The notes: generated by a model from the letters alone, not told the origin. Positions 38,821-48,179 are shown, counted from the stretch's first letter. The stretch is 64,000 bases of DNA from Candidatus Spongiisociaceae bacterium (GCA_965219685.1 CBDCOH010000002.1:3200001-3264000); one strand, 5' to 3'. A program made the numbers and translations.

Positions 38821-38958
38821 CGTCTCTCGAAGCGACCCGCGCAGGATCACCCTCGCCAGCTGACCACTGTCACCGACCACGTTGTCCGGCACGCTCACCT
38901 GCCCAGCCTAGGAGGGTGCCGAAAGACAACCTAACGGGACCTCTGGCCACCGTCTTAG

Positions 38959-40624
38959 CCTGAATCCACCGATGGGCGGCCGTGTCGGTCGGTGGGTCGG
39001 TGGTCGGGGGTTAGTGATAGGGGTGATGTTCGGGGTTTAGGTTGTTGGTAGGGGCATTTTAGTGGTTTGTGGGGTAAGTGGCGGGTGTAGGAGGGACGGT
39101 TAGGAGCGTTCCGGGCGTGTGTGGCTGGGGTTTGGGTGGTTGGTTCCGTTTGCGGGGGCCTGTTGGGTGGGTTCAGCAGCGCTGGGGCAGCGTCCGGAGG
39201 TTAGCGAGGGTGGTCTGGTAGGTGTGCGCCCAGGGCCATCGGGCGGGTAGTCGCAGTATGGGGCGTCCGCTGTGGTTGACCACCCGTGCGGGAATCCCGA
39301 AGATGCGGGTGCGGATGGTGCGTCCACGGATCAGCCGCCCGGCCGGCTGTGTTCGTCCCAAGATGGCTATCCAGCGGTAGAGGTTATGCGCTAGAGCGGC
39401 GCAGAGAAGCCAGGCTTGGTTGGCGGCGAACCGTCCCGATGGTAGGTGAGCGAGACCCCCGGAGTCTTTGAGGTCGCGGATGGCGAGTTCGCAGACCGCA
39501 TGGTGTCGGTGGTGGCGGTCCGCTTGTGGGGCAGGCGCATGCGAGTTGGTCACGAACGCGTGGTAACGCCAGTCGGGCCAGAACTCTTGCTGGGCGCCGG
39601 TGAGGCGGGTGCGGCGCACCACGAGGCGTACTCGGCGTTTCTGCTTACGTTTGCGGGGGTTGGTCATCTCAAGTGTGGTTTCCCCAACTTGTGCCCGGCC
39701 GCCTTCGGGATAGTCGATATCTGCCCAGTCGTCTTCGTCGATAGCCGCTATAGCGGCTAGGACATGGCGGAGTTGTGGGCAGGTGATCGACCAGCCCACC
39801 CCGAGGTGGTCCAAGGTTGCCAACATGGCATAGGACCAGAAGCCCGAATCGGCCCGAACCTCGATCCGTCCCCGAGCCCCGGCCCGTCGCGCGCACCGGA
39901 TCGTCTCCTGCGCGAAATGGGCCACACCCCGCCGCGATGCTCCGGCCCTTAGCCGGGCACCCACCGCCTCTCCTGTATCGGCCCGGAACGCCAACAGAGA
40001 GTGATAACCCAACTCTTTGGTGTACCCATAGGAGGCGCCCTCCTTGCCCCTGCCAGACACCCCACAGATCGTCGAGTCCAAATCCAAGGTCAGCGGTCTC
40101 TTCCCCGGGCCGGCACCCGCTGCCCACGCACGACCCAGCGCCACGCCCAAAACCTTGTTCAACTGGCGGGTGTGGCCCCAGGTAAACGACCGCAGGAAAG
40201 TGCCCACCGTCGAAGGTGCCATCACCTCATGGGACAACACCCGATGCGTCGACCCCGCCCGCAGCCGATCCACATGATCGATGTGAGAGCCCCCCACCAG
40301 CATCGCGGACACCAACGTCAAGGTCTTACGACCCGGCCGCGCGCCACCCACCCGACCATCCAAACGGACCACGTCATCCACCAACTCTTCCAACCCCAGA
40401 CGGCTCACCAACGTCGACGCCGCCAACAGACCCCCATCGGCCACCAACCCCTCATCGTCGAAAACCACCTCATACCGGTCAACATTGTGCGATACTCCAC
40501 CCACAGGAAGTGCCTCCCGATTCTGGACCTAAACCACTTTCGCTAACGGTTATTGTCCCAGATCAGAGGCACTTTCCACGTCTATACCACCCCCCAACCC
40601 AAACACCCACCCGGTGGATCCAGG
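38959..40624 (-). mobile_element. IS1380-family insertion sequence (1666 bp)
   Basis: Terminal IRs CCTGAATCCACCG / CGGTGGATCCAGG; CTTAG duplicated at 38954-38958 and 40625-40629. Confidence 0.92.
39173..40504 (-). CDS. IS1380-family DDE transposase
   Basis: APSTVGTFLR, LDLDST, VRADSGF, HAVCELAIRDLK, HLPSGRFAAN. Confidence 0.93.
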   Translation of the reverse strand: MGGVSHNVDRYEVVFDDEGLVADGGLLAASTLVSRLGLEELVDDVVRLDGRVGGARPGRKTLTLVSAMLVGGSHIDHVDRLRAGSTHRVLSHEVMAPSTVGTFLRSFTWGHTRQLNKVLGVALGRAWAAGAGPGKRPLTLDLDSTICGVSGRGKEGASYGYTKELGYHSLLAFRADTGEAVGARLRAGASRRGVAHFAQETIRCARRAGARGRIEVRADSGFWSYAMLATLDHLGVGWSITCPQLRHVLAAIAAIDEDDWADIDYPEGGRAQVGETTLEMTNPRKRKQKRRVRLVVRRTRLTGAQQEFWPDWRYHAFVTNSHAPAPQADRHHRHHAVCELAIRDLKDSGGLAHLPSGRFAANQAWLLCAALAHNLYRWIAILGRTQPAGRLIRGRTIRTRIFGIPARVVNHSGRPILRLPARWPWAHTYQTTLANLRTLPQRC

Positions 40625-40626
40625 CT

Positions 40627-41020
40627 TAGTGTCCCGTGTCTTTGGTCCGCTGTGTTAAAGGAGCGGTCGTGGTCCCACGTTCGGCATGCCCCACCGCTCA
40701 CGGCAACCGCGGGGACCGAGCCCTTCGCAACGAGGGGGGTTGTCAGTGTCACAGTCCCGTTGCATACTCGTAAGTAGCTGCAAACACCACCGGTCCGTCT
40801 GTGGTACCGATCGGACCGGGGCGGGGATCATGTTGTCGGAGCCGACCCTCGGCGGGGAATGGGGGGAGGCGTTCGTAAGCTTCGGAGGTGGCGGTCGGGG
40901 GTGGGCCCACCGGAGGGGTCCGGTCGGCGGTTTTTCGCGTTCTCGGTCTGCCGGGGTCGCCTGGCGCGGGTAGTCGGCGCGTTCCGGGTCCCTGTAACGA
41001 ATCCAGGGATCAGGACACTA
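40627..41020 (+). repeat. Dispersed ~390-bp intergenic element, copy 2, with TAGTGTCC terminal inverted repeats
   Basis: TAGTGTCCCG...CAGGACACTA ends; interior aligns with 58961-59344. Confidence 0.7.
40747..40768 (+). promoter_or_regulatory. RecA-NDp/PafBC-like promoter motif TGTC-N12-CATACT
   Basis: Spacing identical in all three element copies. Confidence 0.5.
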
Positions 41021-41794
41021 GGCGGTGGCGCCGGTGATGTGGGCGACCACTTCCTGGCGGGTCGTGTCGGCCTTCGGCAGATCGGCCACCAGCCGGCCCT
41101 GGCGGAGGATGAGAAGGCGGGTACAGATCGACCAGACATGTTCCATGTTGTGGGAGATGACGATCATCCCCATGTCGGTATCCGCGGACGAGACCATCGC
41201 CCCGATCATCTCGAGCACGGCGGCGGCCTCCTTGACGCCGAGGGCCGCGGTCGGCTCGTCCAGCAGCAGGAGCCGACCCCCCCAGAAGCCAGCCCGGGAA
41301 ATGGCCACCACCTGGCGCTGACCGCCGGACATGGTCTCGATGTCGGCGTCCAGATTCGGGAACCTCGCAGGAAGTGCCTCGACCGCGGCCCGGGCCCGCT
41401 TCCGCATCACCCTGCGGTTCAGGATCCCCAGCCTCCCGCGCCACCCGTCCCTGACCACTTCGCGGCCCAGGTAGAAATTGGCCGGGATGTCGAAGATGTC
41501 GACCAGGGCGAGCTGCTGGTACACGGTCTCGATGCCCTCGTCCCGGGCCTCCGCGGGAGTGGAGAACACTTTGCGGTCACCGTGCAGGTATACCTCGCCT
41601 GCGGTGGGGATGACCGCACCGGCCAGGCACTTCACGAGCGTGGACTTGCCCGCTCCGTTGTCGCCGAGGAGACCCACGATCTCGTCGCGGTCCAGGGAGA
41701 AGCTCACATCGTCCAGAGCGCGAATGGTCCCGTAGTGCTTGGACAGCCCCCTGATCTCCAGCAGTGGCGCGCCGGAAACGGTTGCGTACGTCAT
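41018..41794 (-). CDS. Monosaccharide ABC transporter ATP-binding protein
   Basis: GDNGAGKS, GIETVYQ, MSGGQRQ, LDEPTAALG, ISHN. Confidence 0.93.
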   Translation of the reverse strand: MTYATVSGAPLLEIRGLSKHYGTIRALDDVSFSLDRDEIVGLLGDNGAGKSTLVKCLAGAVIPTAGEVYLHGDRKVFSTPAEARDEGIETVYQQLALVDIFDIPANFYLGREVVRDGWRGRLGILNRRVMRKRARAAVEALPARFPNLDADIETMSGGQRQVVAISRAGFWGGRLLLLDEPTAALGVKEAAAVLEMIGAMVSSADTDMGMIVISHNMEHVWSICTRLLILRQGRLVADLPKADTTRQEVVAHITGATA

Positions 41795-41837
41795 CTCATT
41801 ACCCCGAGGCGCTGCGGGCGCACCTCTCCCCCGTACA

Positions 41838-42878
41838 TCACACCTCCATCCTGACCTCGGCCTCCCGCCGTCCCAGCTGGTCGAACACCACCGCGCCCAG
41901 CAGCAGGACGCCCCTGGAGACCTCCTGCCAGAAGGACTGGACCTGCAGCAGGACGAGGCCGTTGTCCAGCACCGCCAGTATGAGGATCGCCACGAGGGTG
42001 CCGATCACCGAGCCCCTCCCCCCGTACAGGCTGGCGCCGCCGACGATGACGCCGGTCAGGGCCAGGAACTCCATCCTCTCCCCGGTGGTGGGGGAAACCG
42101 CACCCACCTGGGACACGACGATCATCGAGGCCAGCGCGACAGTCGCTCCGGTGAGGACGAAGGCTATGCCCACCTGCCTCTCGAGCGGGATTCCCGCCAG
42201 CCGAGCCGCCTGGGGATTGGCGCCGATGGCGTACATGTGCTGCCCGTACCTGGTCAGGCGCATTACCACGTAGAAGAGGGCCACCACCAGCAGGAGCACG
42301 ATCACGGCTACCGGTATCTCGATCCCTCCGACCTCGAAGCGGGTGCGCCCCAGGAACCTGAACCCTTCGATGCGGACTGCCCTCCCGTCCATCACGACCT
42401 TGGAGGCGCCGCGGAAGGCGACGAGGGTGGCGAGCGTGGTGAGGATCGAATTGACCCTGAACTTGATGATGGCGACCGCGTTGATGCCGGCGATCACCAT
42501 GGCCGCCCCTATCGCCCCGACGACTCCCCAGGCCAGTCCGTAGTCCCTCGCGAACACCGCGAAGACGGCGCCCGCAAATCCGATGGCGGATCCCACCGAG
42601 ACATCGACCTGCCTCGCCACGAGAAGCAGGGTCATGGCGCTCCCGATGATGCCGATGACCGCCCCGTTGACCAGTACGTTCACCAGGTTGGTGGACGTGA
42701 AGAAGAACGGGGACCGGAGGGTGAAGAAGACACACAGCAGGATCAGGACACCGACCCGGGCCTGCATGGCCGTGAACCGCACGCGGCCGACCAGTGTCGA
42801 GAGGAGGCCCGCGGCCGGGGCGCCGGGGGTGTCTCTCCCCCCGTTGCCCCGGCCCGGGTCAGAGTCTCCGGTGTTCAC
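41838..42878 (-). CDS. Monosaccharide ABC transporter permease (RbsC-like)
   Basis: VDVSVGS, YAIGANPQAARLAGI, VGGASLYGGRG. Confidence 0.92.
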   Translation of the reverse strand: MNTGDSDPGRGNGGRDTPGAPAAGLLSTLVGRVRFTAMQARVGVLILLCVFFTLRSPFFFTSTNLVNVLVNGAVIGIIGSAMTLLLVARQVDVSVGSAIGFAGAVFAVFARDYGLAWGVVGAIGAAMVIAGINAVAIIKFRVNSILTTLATLVAFRGASKVVMDGRAVRIEGFRFLGRTRFEVGGIEIPVAVIVLLLVVALFYVVMRLTRYGQHMYAIGANPQAARLAGIPLERQVGIAFVLTGATVALASMIVVSQVGAVSPTTGERMEFLALTGVIVGGASLYGGRGSVIGTLVAILILAVLDNGLVLLQVQSFWQEVSRGVLLLGAVVFDQLGRREAEVRMEV

Positions 42879-42917
42879 TGTTCGACGGCGCCCGGCTAGT
42901 GGTCTACCGGCAGAGCG

Positions 42918-44927
42918 CTATCCGGCCGCGGCTGGGTAGTGGTCGACCAGGTTGGAAGCGTCCAGGAACTGGTGATCGATGAAGATCTCCCGGCCCGGGT
43001 CCTCACCCATCGCCAACGCGATAGCCGCCGGAACCGCCAGACTCCCGTACCGGTCCGGGAAGTAAGCCACATCACCGATCCACTGCGGATTGTTCAGAAT
43101 GTCAGGCCACGCCGAAGCATCCGCCCCATGACCCACGATGAACACATGCTCACCACGACCCTGAGTCTCCGCCGCCGCGAACGCAGACGCCGCATCCGGA
43201 TCACCGAAACTCGACATCACCAGAATCACCGTCGCGTCCGGCACCGTCGTCAAAATATCGGTGAACTGCCGCCGCACGTTCTCCAAGGCATCCGATCCGC
43301 CCTGACGCTTGTCCACAACCCGGAACTTCGAATCAGGAACCGCACCGCAAACACCCTCGAAGCCCTCACGCGAACCACCAGCCCGCTGAGCGTTGATATC
43401 AGGCGAACTCAGATTCTCGATCGACACGTACAAGTCGAACGCGCAACCGAACTCCGACTGGGCGAAATCACCCAAACCGGCACCGGCCACCAACCCGGCC
43501 TCGTAACCGTTCGACCCCACGAACACCCGCTCGCACGGACCCTGCGGAACGTCCATCGTCACCGTCGGCAGATCACCATAAGCCTCACAAACCGCCTCAG
43601 CAGCATCCGGGAAGAACTGCCAGTTGATCACCGCGTCCAAACCCTGCGCATCCAAAGTACGAGCACACTGGATCGCCGTATCCGTAGAGAAATTCGCATC
43701 ACACTCGAACAACTCCACCCCGGCCGCCGCAGCCGCCTCACGAATACTCTCCGTCACGATGAACACGAACGGATCCGCATCACCACCAGAGATATAACCC
43801 AACTTGATCGGCTCATCAGTCGTCATCGCCGACTCATCAGCCATGCCGGCCGCGGCTGGGTAGTGGTCGACCAGGTTGGAAGCGTCCAGGAACTGGTGAT
43901 CGATGAAGATCTCCCGGCCCGGGTCCTCACCCATCGCCAACGCGATAGCCGCCGGAACCGCCAGACTCCCGTACCGGTCCGGGAAGTAAGCCACATCACC
44001 GATCCACTGCGGATTGTTCAGAATGTCAGGCCACGCCGAAGCATCCGCCCCATGACCCACGATGAACACATGCTCACCACGACCCTGAGTCTCCGCCGCC
44101 GCGAACGCAGACGCCGCATCCGGATCACCGAAACTCGACATCACCAGAATCACCGTCGCGTCCGGCACCGTCGTCAAAATATCGGTGAACTGCCGCCGCA
44201 CGTTCTCCAAGGCATCCGATCCGCCCTGACGCTTGTCCACAACCCGGAACTTCGAATCAGGAACCGCACCGCAAACACCCTCGAAGCCCTCACGCGAACC
44301 ACCAGCCCGCTGAGCGTTGATATCAGGCGAACTCAGATTCTCGATCGACACGTACAAGTCGAACGCGCAACCGAACTCCGACTGGGCGAAATCACCCAAA
44401 CCGGCACCGGCCACCAACCCGGCCTCGTAACCGTTCGACCCCACGAACACCCGCTCGCACGGACCCTGCGGAACGTCCATCGTCACCGTCGGCAGATCAC
44501 CATAAGCCTCACAAACCGCCTCAGCAGCATCCGGGAAGAACTGCCAGTTGATCACCGCGTCCAAACCCTGCGCATCCAAAGTACGAGCACACTGGATCGC
44601 CGTATCCGTAGAGAAATTCGCATCACACTCGAACAACTCCACCCCGGCCGCCGCAGCCGCCTCACGAATACTCTCCGTCACGATGAACACGAACGGATCC
44701 GCATCACCACCAGAGATATAACCCAACTTGATCGGCTCATCAGTCGTCATCGCCGACTCATCAGCCATGGCTTCGGTGGTGTCAGGCGCCGCCTCGGTGA
44801 CGGCAGGGGCTTGCGTGTCCGCCGGCGCAGGGGCCTCGTCATCGTCGCCGCAAGCCGCGGCGAACAGCAGGAAAACCGAGACGATCACCAGCCCGGGTCT
44901 GAACCGATACCACTTCCCTCCACGCAT
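42918..44927 (-). CDS. Sugar ABC substrate-binding lipoprotein with two identical tandem RbsB-like domains
   Basis: ATG at 44927 after GGAGG, lipobox FAAAC, Ala/Pro/Thr linker, 308-aa domain repeated twice. Confidence 0.88.
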   Translation of the reverse strand: MRGGKWYRFRPGLVIVSVFLLFAAACGDDDEAPAPADTQAPAVTEAAPDTTEAMADESAMTTDEPIKLGYISGGDADPFVFIVTESIREAAAAAGVELFECDANFSTDTAIQCARTLDAQGLDAVINWQFFPDAAEAVCEAYGDLPTVTMDVPQGPCERVFVGSNGYEAGLVAGAGLGDFAQSEFGCAFDLYVSIENLSSPDINAQRAGGSREGFEGVCGAVPDSKFRVVDKRQGGSDALENVRRQFTDILTTVPDATVILVMSSFGDPDAASAFAAAETQGRGEHVFIVGHGADASAWPDILNNPQWIGDVAYFPDRYGSLAVPAAIALAMGEDPGREIFIDHQFLDASNLVDHYPAAAGMADESAMTTDEPIKLGYISGGDADPFVFIVTESIREAAAAAGVELFECDANFSTDTAIQCARTLDAQGLDAVINWQFFPDAAEAVCEAYGDLPTVTMDVPQGPCERVFVGSNGYEAGLVAGAGLGDFAQSEFGCAFDLYVSIENLSSPDINAQRAGGSREGFEGVCGAVPDSKFRVVDKRQGGSDALENVRRQFTDILTTVPDATVILVMSSFGDPDAASAFAAAETQGRGEHVFIVGHGADASAWPDILNNPQWIGDVAYFPDRYGSLAVPAAIALAMGEDPGREIFIDHQFLDASNLVDHYPAAAG
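42922..44769. repeat. 924-bp tandem duplication, apparently identical (42922-43845 and 43846-44769)
   Basis: Unit boundaries read directly; no differences seen by eye; length is a multiple of 3. Confidence 0.93.
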
Positions 44928-45075
44928 TTGCCTACCTCCCGTAGCACTGCTTGCGGGCATCGTGAACTCGCCTCGATACCACCCGAGTGACCGTAGCATC
45001 AGCGCGGACACCACCACCGGCCAGAGGCGATCTGAGTCATCGAACTCTCGATGTTGTGGTTTCGGACCACCAACC

Positions 45076-45519
45076 TCAGCGGCTGCGACCGCGGTGGTAG
45101 ATATCGACGAAGTCCTCGATCGGATGGCGAGCGATGGCGTCGCCGATGACTTCGAGGGGCAGGTCGTCGAGGCGCCGGAACCGTACGCAGCTCTTGCCCA
45201 TGTCGAAGCGCTTGCCGGAGGCGCGGTATGCCCGTTCGAAGTCGGCCCGGGCGTCCGGATCGGCGTGGACACCGGACAGGTACACGGCCATGTGCTGCTT
45301 CTGGGACGCCAGCGCGGCGTACATGAGCGGCTTGCCGTTGTAGGTATCGGGCTGGACGGCGAGCGGGACCTCATAGCAGATCATCCCCCACCTCATCTCC
45401 TCCGCGTAACCGTCGGGAAGGCGATCGAGGATGACCGTACGCACCCGGGAGATTGCCTCACGCCGCTCACGGGGAAGGCCCGCCAGATACTCGTCCACGC
45501 TGGTCGCATCGGATCTCAC
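45076..45519 (-). CDS. DUF1801 domain-containing protein
   Basis: SVDEYLAGLP..RREA, WGMICYEVPL...PDTYNG.PL, DMGKSCVRF. Confidence 0.85.
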   Translation of the reverse strand: MRSDATSVDEYLAGLPRERREAISRVRTVILDRLPDGYAEEMRWGMICYEVPLAVQPDTYNGKPLMYAALASQKQHMAVYLSGVHADPDARADFERAYRASGKRFDMGKSCVRFRRLDDLPLEVIGDAIARHPIEDFVDIYHRGRSR

Positions 45520-45656
45520 AGCGCAGGAGCATAGGGCCCGTGACAAGAACGAGACGAAACGAACCCGCAGGATCGTGTGCGATCGGTCTGGCAGCTTGAC
45601 AGCGGTTCCATCCATGTAGTTACATATGGCGCGGTAAACGAACAGGAGTTCGGATC

Positions 45657-46196
45657 ATGGCTCAGAAGCGGCCAGCGTCCGCCCGTCGCAAGTGCTTCAT
45701 CTCGTATCACGATGCCAACAGGCGTGCGGTCGAGAACTTCGTAGCCATGTTCAGGGACGTGATCATTGCCCGGACGATTGGCATCACCGATGCGGACCCT
45801 TGGGTGGACTCCCGTGATGCCGACTACATCAAACGGGTGATTCGCGAGAAGCACCTGACAGACTCGACAGTGACCATCGTCCTGATAGGTAGGTGCACGT
45901 GGGCACGCAGGTTCGTTGACTGGGAGATAGCATCTTCGCTCAGAAACGATCCCAACAACAAGCGGAGCGGCATTCTAGGTATCAAACTGCAGTCAGGTGT
46001 GACGATACCTGCTCGTCTCCGAGACAACCTGCCTTCCAATAACGGCCCAGGGTATGCACGTATTAGATCTTATCCCACGACAAGTGACGCTCTACGACGC
46101 TGGGTAGAGGATGCCTTCACGGCCCGTACAACACGGCAGTCTTATATCAATAACAGACGATCCCTACGGAAGCGAAATGGCACTTGCCGGAAGTGA
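45657..46196 (+). CDS. TIR domain protein, Thoeris ThsB/DUF1863 (MTH538-like)
   Basis: RKCFISYH, YIKRVIRE..L.DSTVTIVLIG..TW.RRFVDWEI (catalytic Glu); AGGAG RBS. Confidence 0.88.
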   Translation: MAQKRPASARRKCFISYHDANRRAVENFVAMFRDVIIARTIGITDADPWVDSRDADYIKRVIREKHLTDSTVTIVLIGRCTWARRFVDWEIASSLRNDPNNKRSGILGIKLQSGVTIPARLRDNLPSNNGPGYARIRSYPTTSDALRRWVEDAFTARTTRQSYINNRRSLRKRNGTCRK

Positions 46197-46217
46197 AGTG
46201 GATCGTCACTAGACCCC

Positions 46218-46679
46218 TTATGTCATGAGCCCTAATCGGAGAAACAACAATACGAGTCCCGCGACTACTATCTGCACCCCGTAAGGGAGGGCCAGAGTCC
46301 GGGACCGGAACACCTTCCAGCGGCCAATCCTCTCTTCAAGACCCGCTTCCTTAACCACGCTCATGAACTTCTCTCCGGCCGCGTCCATGAAGTACGGATC
46401 CGGCTCATCTGTTGTCCTTACATGCTCGTAGAACAATCTGAACAGCCGCTCTGACCTAAGGAAGTCTTGGTCGAGTATCCAGAAGGCCAGGGTGACCGCT
46501 GCACTGACGACGGCCAACTGGCAGACCCTCTGCTGCAGCGCAAAGCTCAGCAGCACTGCAGTGAGAGCAAAGCTCCAGCGCTTGGTGAGAAACGTCGCTC
46601 CGCTCAGGCGATCGATGACCCGCTGGATCATCTCCAGGTGTCTCACCCGAGGTTCGCCGAAGGACTCGTAGTCGTGCAT
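46218..46679 (-). CDS. Small multi-TM membrane protein, putative defence effector
   Basis: HLEMIQ.VI.RL....F.TK.W, two adjacent TMs, FW.LD..FL..ERLFR..YE.VR, C-terminal TM. Confidence 0.7.
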   Translation of the reverse strand: MHDYESFGEPRVRHLEMIQRVIDRLSGATFLTKRWSFALTAVLLSFALQQRVCQLAVVSAAVTLAFWILDQDFLRSERLFRLFYEHVRTTDEPDPYFMDAAGEKFMSVVKEAGLEERIGRWKVFRSRTLALPYGVQIVVAGLVLLFLRLGLMT

Positions 46680-46774
46680 CGTCCCCGCGAATGGTAGCGG
46701 TGCGTTGTTTCGAGTGCAGGCGGACTCGTGGAGGACGAATCAAGGGCGGCCCTTCATCGACCTGGGATCGGAGG

Positions 46775-48049
46775 TCAGGGTTTCAGCGCTGTGAGCGGCG
46801 CCACCGCCACACCGTCGTCCGCCTGGTAGCCGGGCCCGAACGCGGTCAGCACGATTAGCCGAGCAGGGTCTCCCCGCCGAGTGGTGTCTACCCGGGAACG
46901 CAGGGCTCGCAGGGAGCCCATGGCCTTCTTGACCGCGGACCCCCCACCGAGCTTGATCTCCACAGCAGCCCACCGGCCGTCGAGGCCATCGATGATGGCA
47001 TCGGCCTCCAAGTCGTTCTCGTCCCGGTAGTAATAGAGGCGCGCCCCTAAATGCTGTGCATAGACCCTGAGGTCACGGATTGCCATCGACTCGAACAGCA
47101 AGCCCATCATCTCCAGATCCCGCTCGAGGACGGGCGGGGAAGCTGCCAGAGCTGCTACCGCAAGCGCCGGATCGACGAAGTATCGCTTGGGGGTCTTCCG
47201 CAAACGGACCGACGACCTGAGGTGGGTGGACCATGCGGGAAGTGGCTCGATCACGAACATGCGCGCCAGTTCGTCCAGGTATGCCCTGATGGTGGAACGG
47301 GCAGGCGCACCCGCGCCTCCCTCGGCGAGATCGGCCAGCAGTGTGGCATTGGAGGCCGTGGTGGCCTCGTTGCGCGCGAGGGACGCGACCAGCCTCATCA
47401 CGAGCAGCGGGTTACGCCTCACCCCCGCCACCCGGGAGATGTCGAAGCGGGCTATGTCGTCGAGGTAGTCACGCAGGCGAGCCTGTGCCAGGCGCGGCGC
47501 CAGCCCGATCATGCGGGGCCATCCTCCCCGACAGATGAGGGAGGCCACATCGCCGATGGTCCGGCCCGAATCTCCCGCCCGGCAACGGTCGCCCGCCATC
47601 AGCGACGCCAAGGCCACCTCTCCGCTGGAGTCACCGGACTCCCAGAGCGACATGGGTCGCATCCGCACGCGGGCAACTCGTCCGGCGCCCGAGTGCTCGG
47701 TGATGTCATCCGGGGGATTCTGCGAGCCGGTGAGCAGGAAGTGTCCGAATCCCCCCCTACGGTCGCAGGCATGGCGCATCGGGTTCCAGATGCCGCGGAC
47801 CAACTGCCACTCGTCGAGCAGTCTCGGTTCCTCACCCGCCAGTATCGACTCCGGATCCACTTCAGCGGCGGTCCGTAGGGCCTCCGAGCCGTCAAGCATG
47901 ATCTCGCTGCGCGCGAACCTCTGCCCGGTCCAAGTCTTGCCGCAGCCTCTGGGACCCTCGATGAGCACCGCGGGCGCTGAAGCCAGCGCGTCGGCAACCT
48001 CGTCGTCCACTACTCGAGCCAGGTATCCGGGATTGCCGATGCCGACCAT
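46775..48049 (-). CDS. AAA_14 ATPase with C-terminal DUF4143 (PD-(D/E)xK-like) domain
   Basis: GPRGCGKT, LLDEWQ, LLTGS, GGWP, PKRYFVDPAL, LFES, EADA...VEIK. Confidence 0.9.
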   Translation of the reverse strand: MVGIGNPGYLARVVDDEVADALASAPAVLIEGPRGCGKTWTGQRFARSEIMLDGSEALRTAAEVDPESILAGEEPRLLDEWQLVRGIWNPMRHACDRRGGFGHFLLTGSQNPPDDITEHSGAGRVARVRMRPMSLWESGDSSGEVALASLMAGDRCRAGDSGRTIGDVASLICRGGWPRMIGLAPRLAQARLRDYLDDIARFDISRVAGVRRNPLLVMRLVASLARNEATTASNATLLADLAEGGAGAPARSTIRAYLDELARMFVIEPLPAWSTHLRSSVRLRKTPKRYFVDPALAVAALAASPPVLERDLEMMGLLFESMAIRDLRVYAQHLGARLYYYRDENDLEADAIIDGLDGRWAAVEIKLGGGSAVKKAMGSLRALRSRVDTTRRGDPARLIVLTAFGPGYQADDGVAVAPLTALKP

Positions 48050-48087
48050 GCTGCCTACCTACCTCTGTCCTCTACCCCGCAGTCCAC

Positions 48088-48179
48088 CTACACTCCGCTT
48101 TGCGGGAATTCTATACTCCAATTTACGGGATATTCATACTCCGCTTTACGGGGATTCTATACTCCACTTTGCGTTGAGG
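48088..48179. repeat. Four tandem 23-bp imperfect direct repeats
   Basis: Consensus CTATACTCCRCTTTRCGGGRATT; units start at 48088, 48111, 48134, 48157. Confidence 0.9.

Noticed and set aside
42939-44990. 683-aa + strand ORF, and similar long overlapping ORFs such as 769-2064, 14415-15992 and 60810-62153
   Set aside because: Shadow or antisense frames of real high-GC genes, with no recognisable motifs.
48088-48179. CRISPR array
   Set aside because: Repeats are contiguous with no unique spacers, and no cas genes are present; the same applies to 50852-50905.
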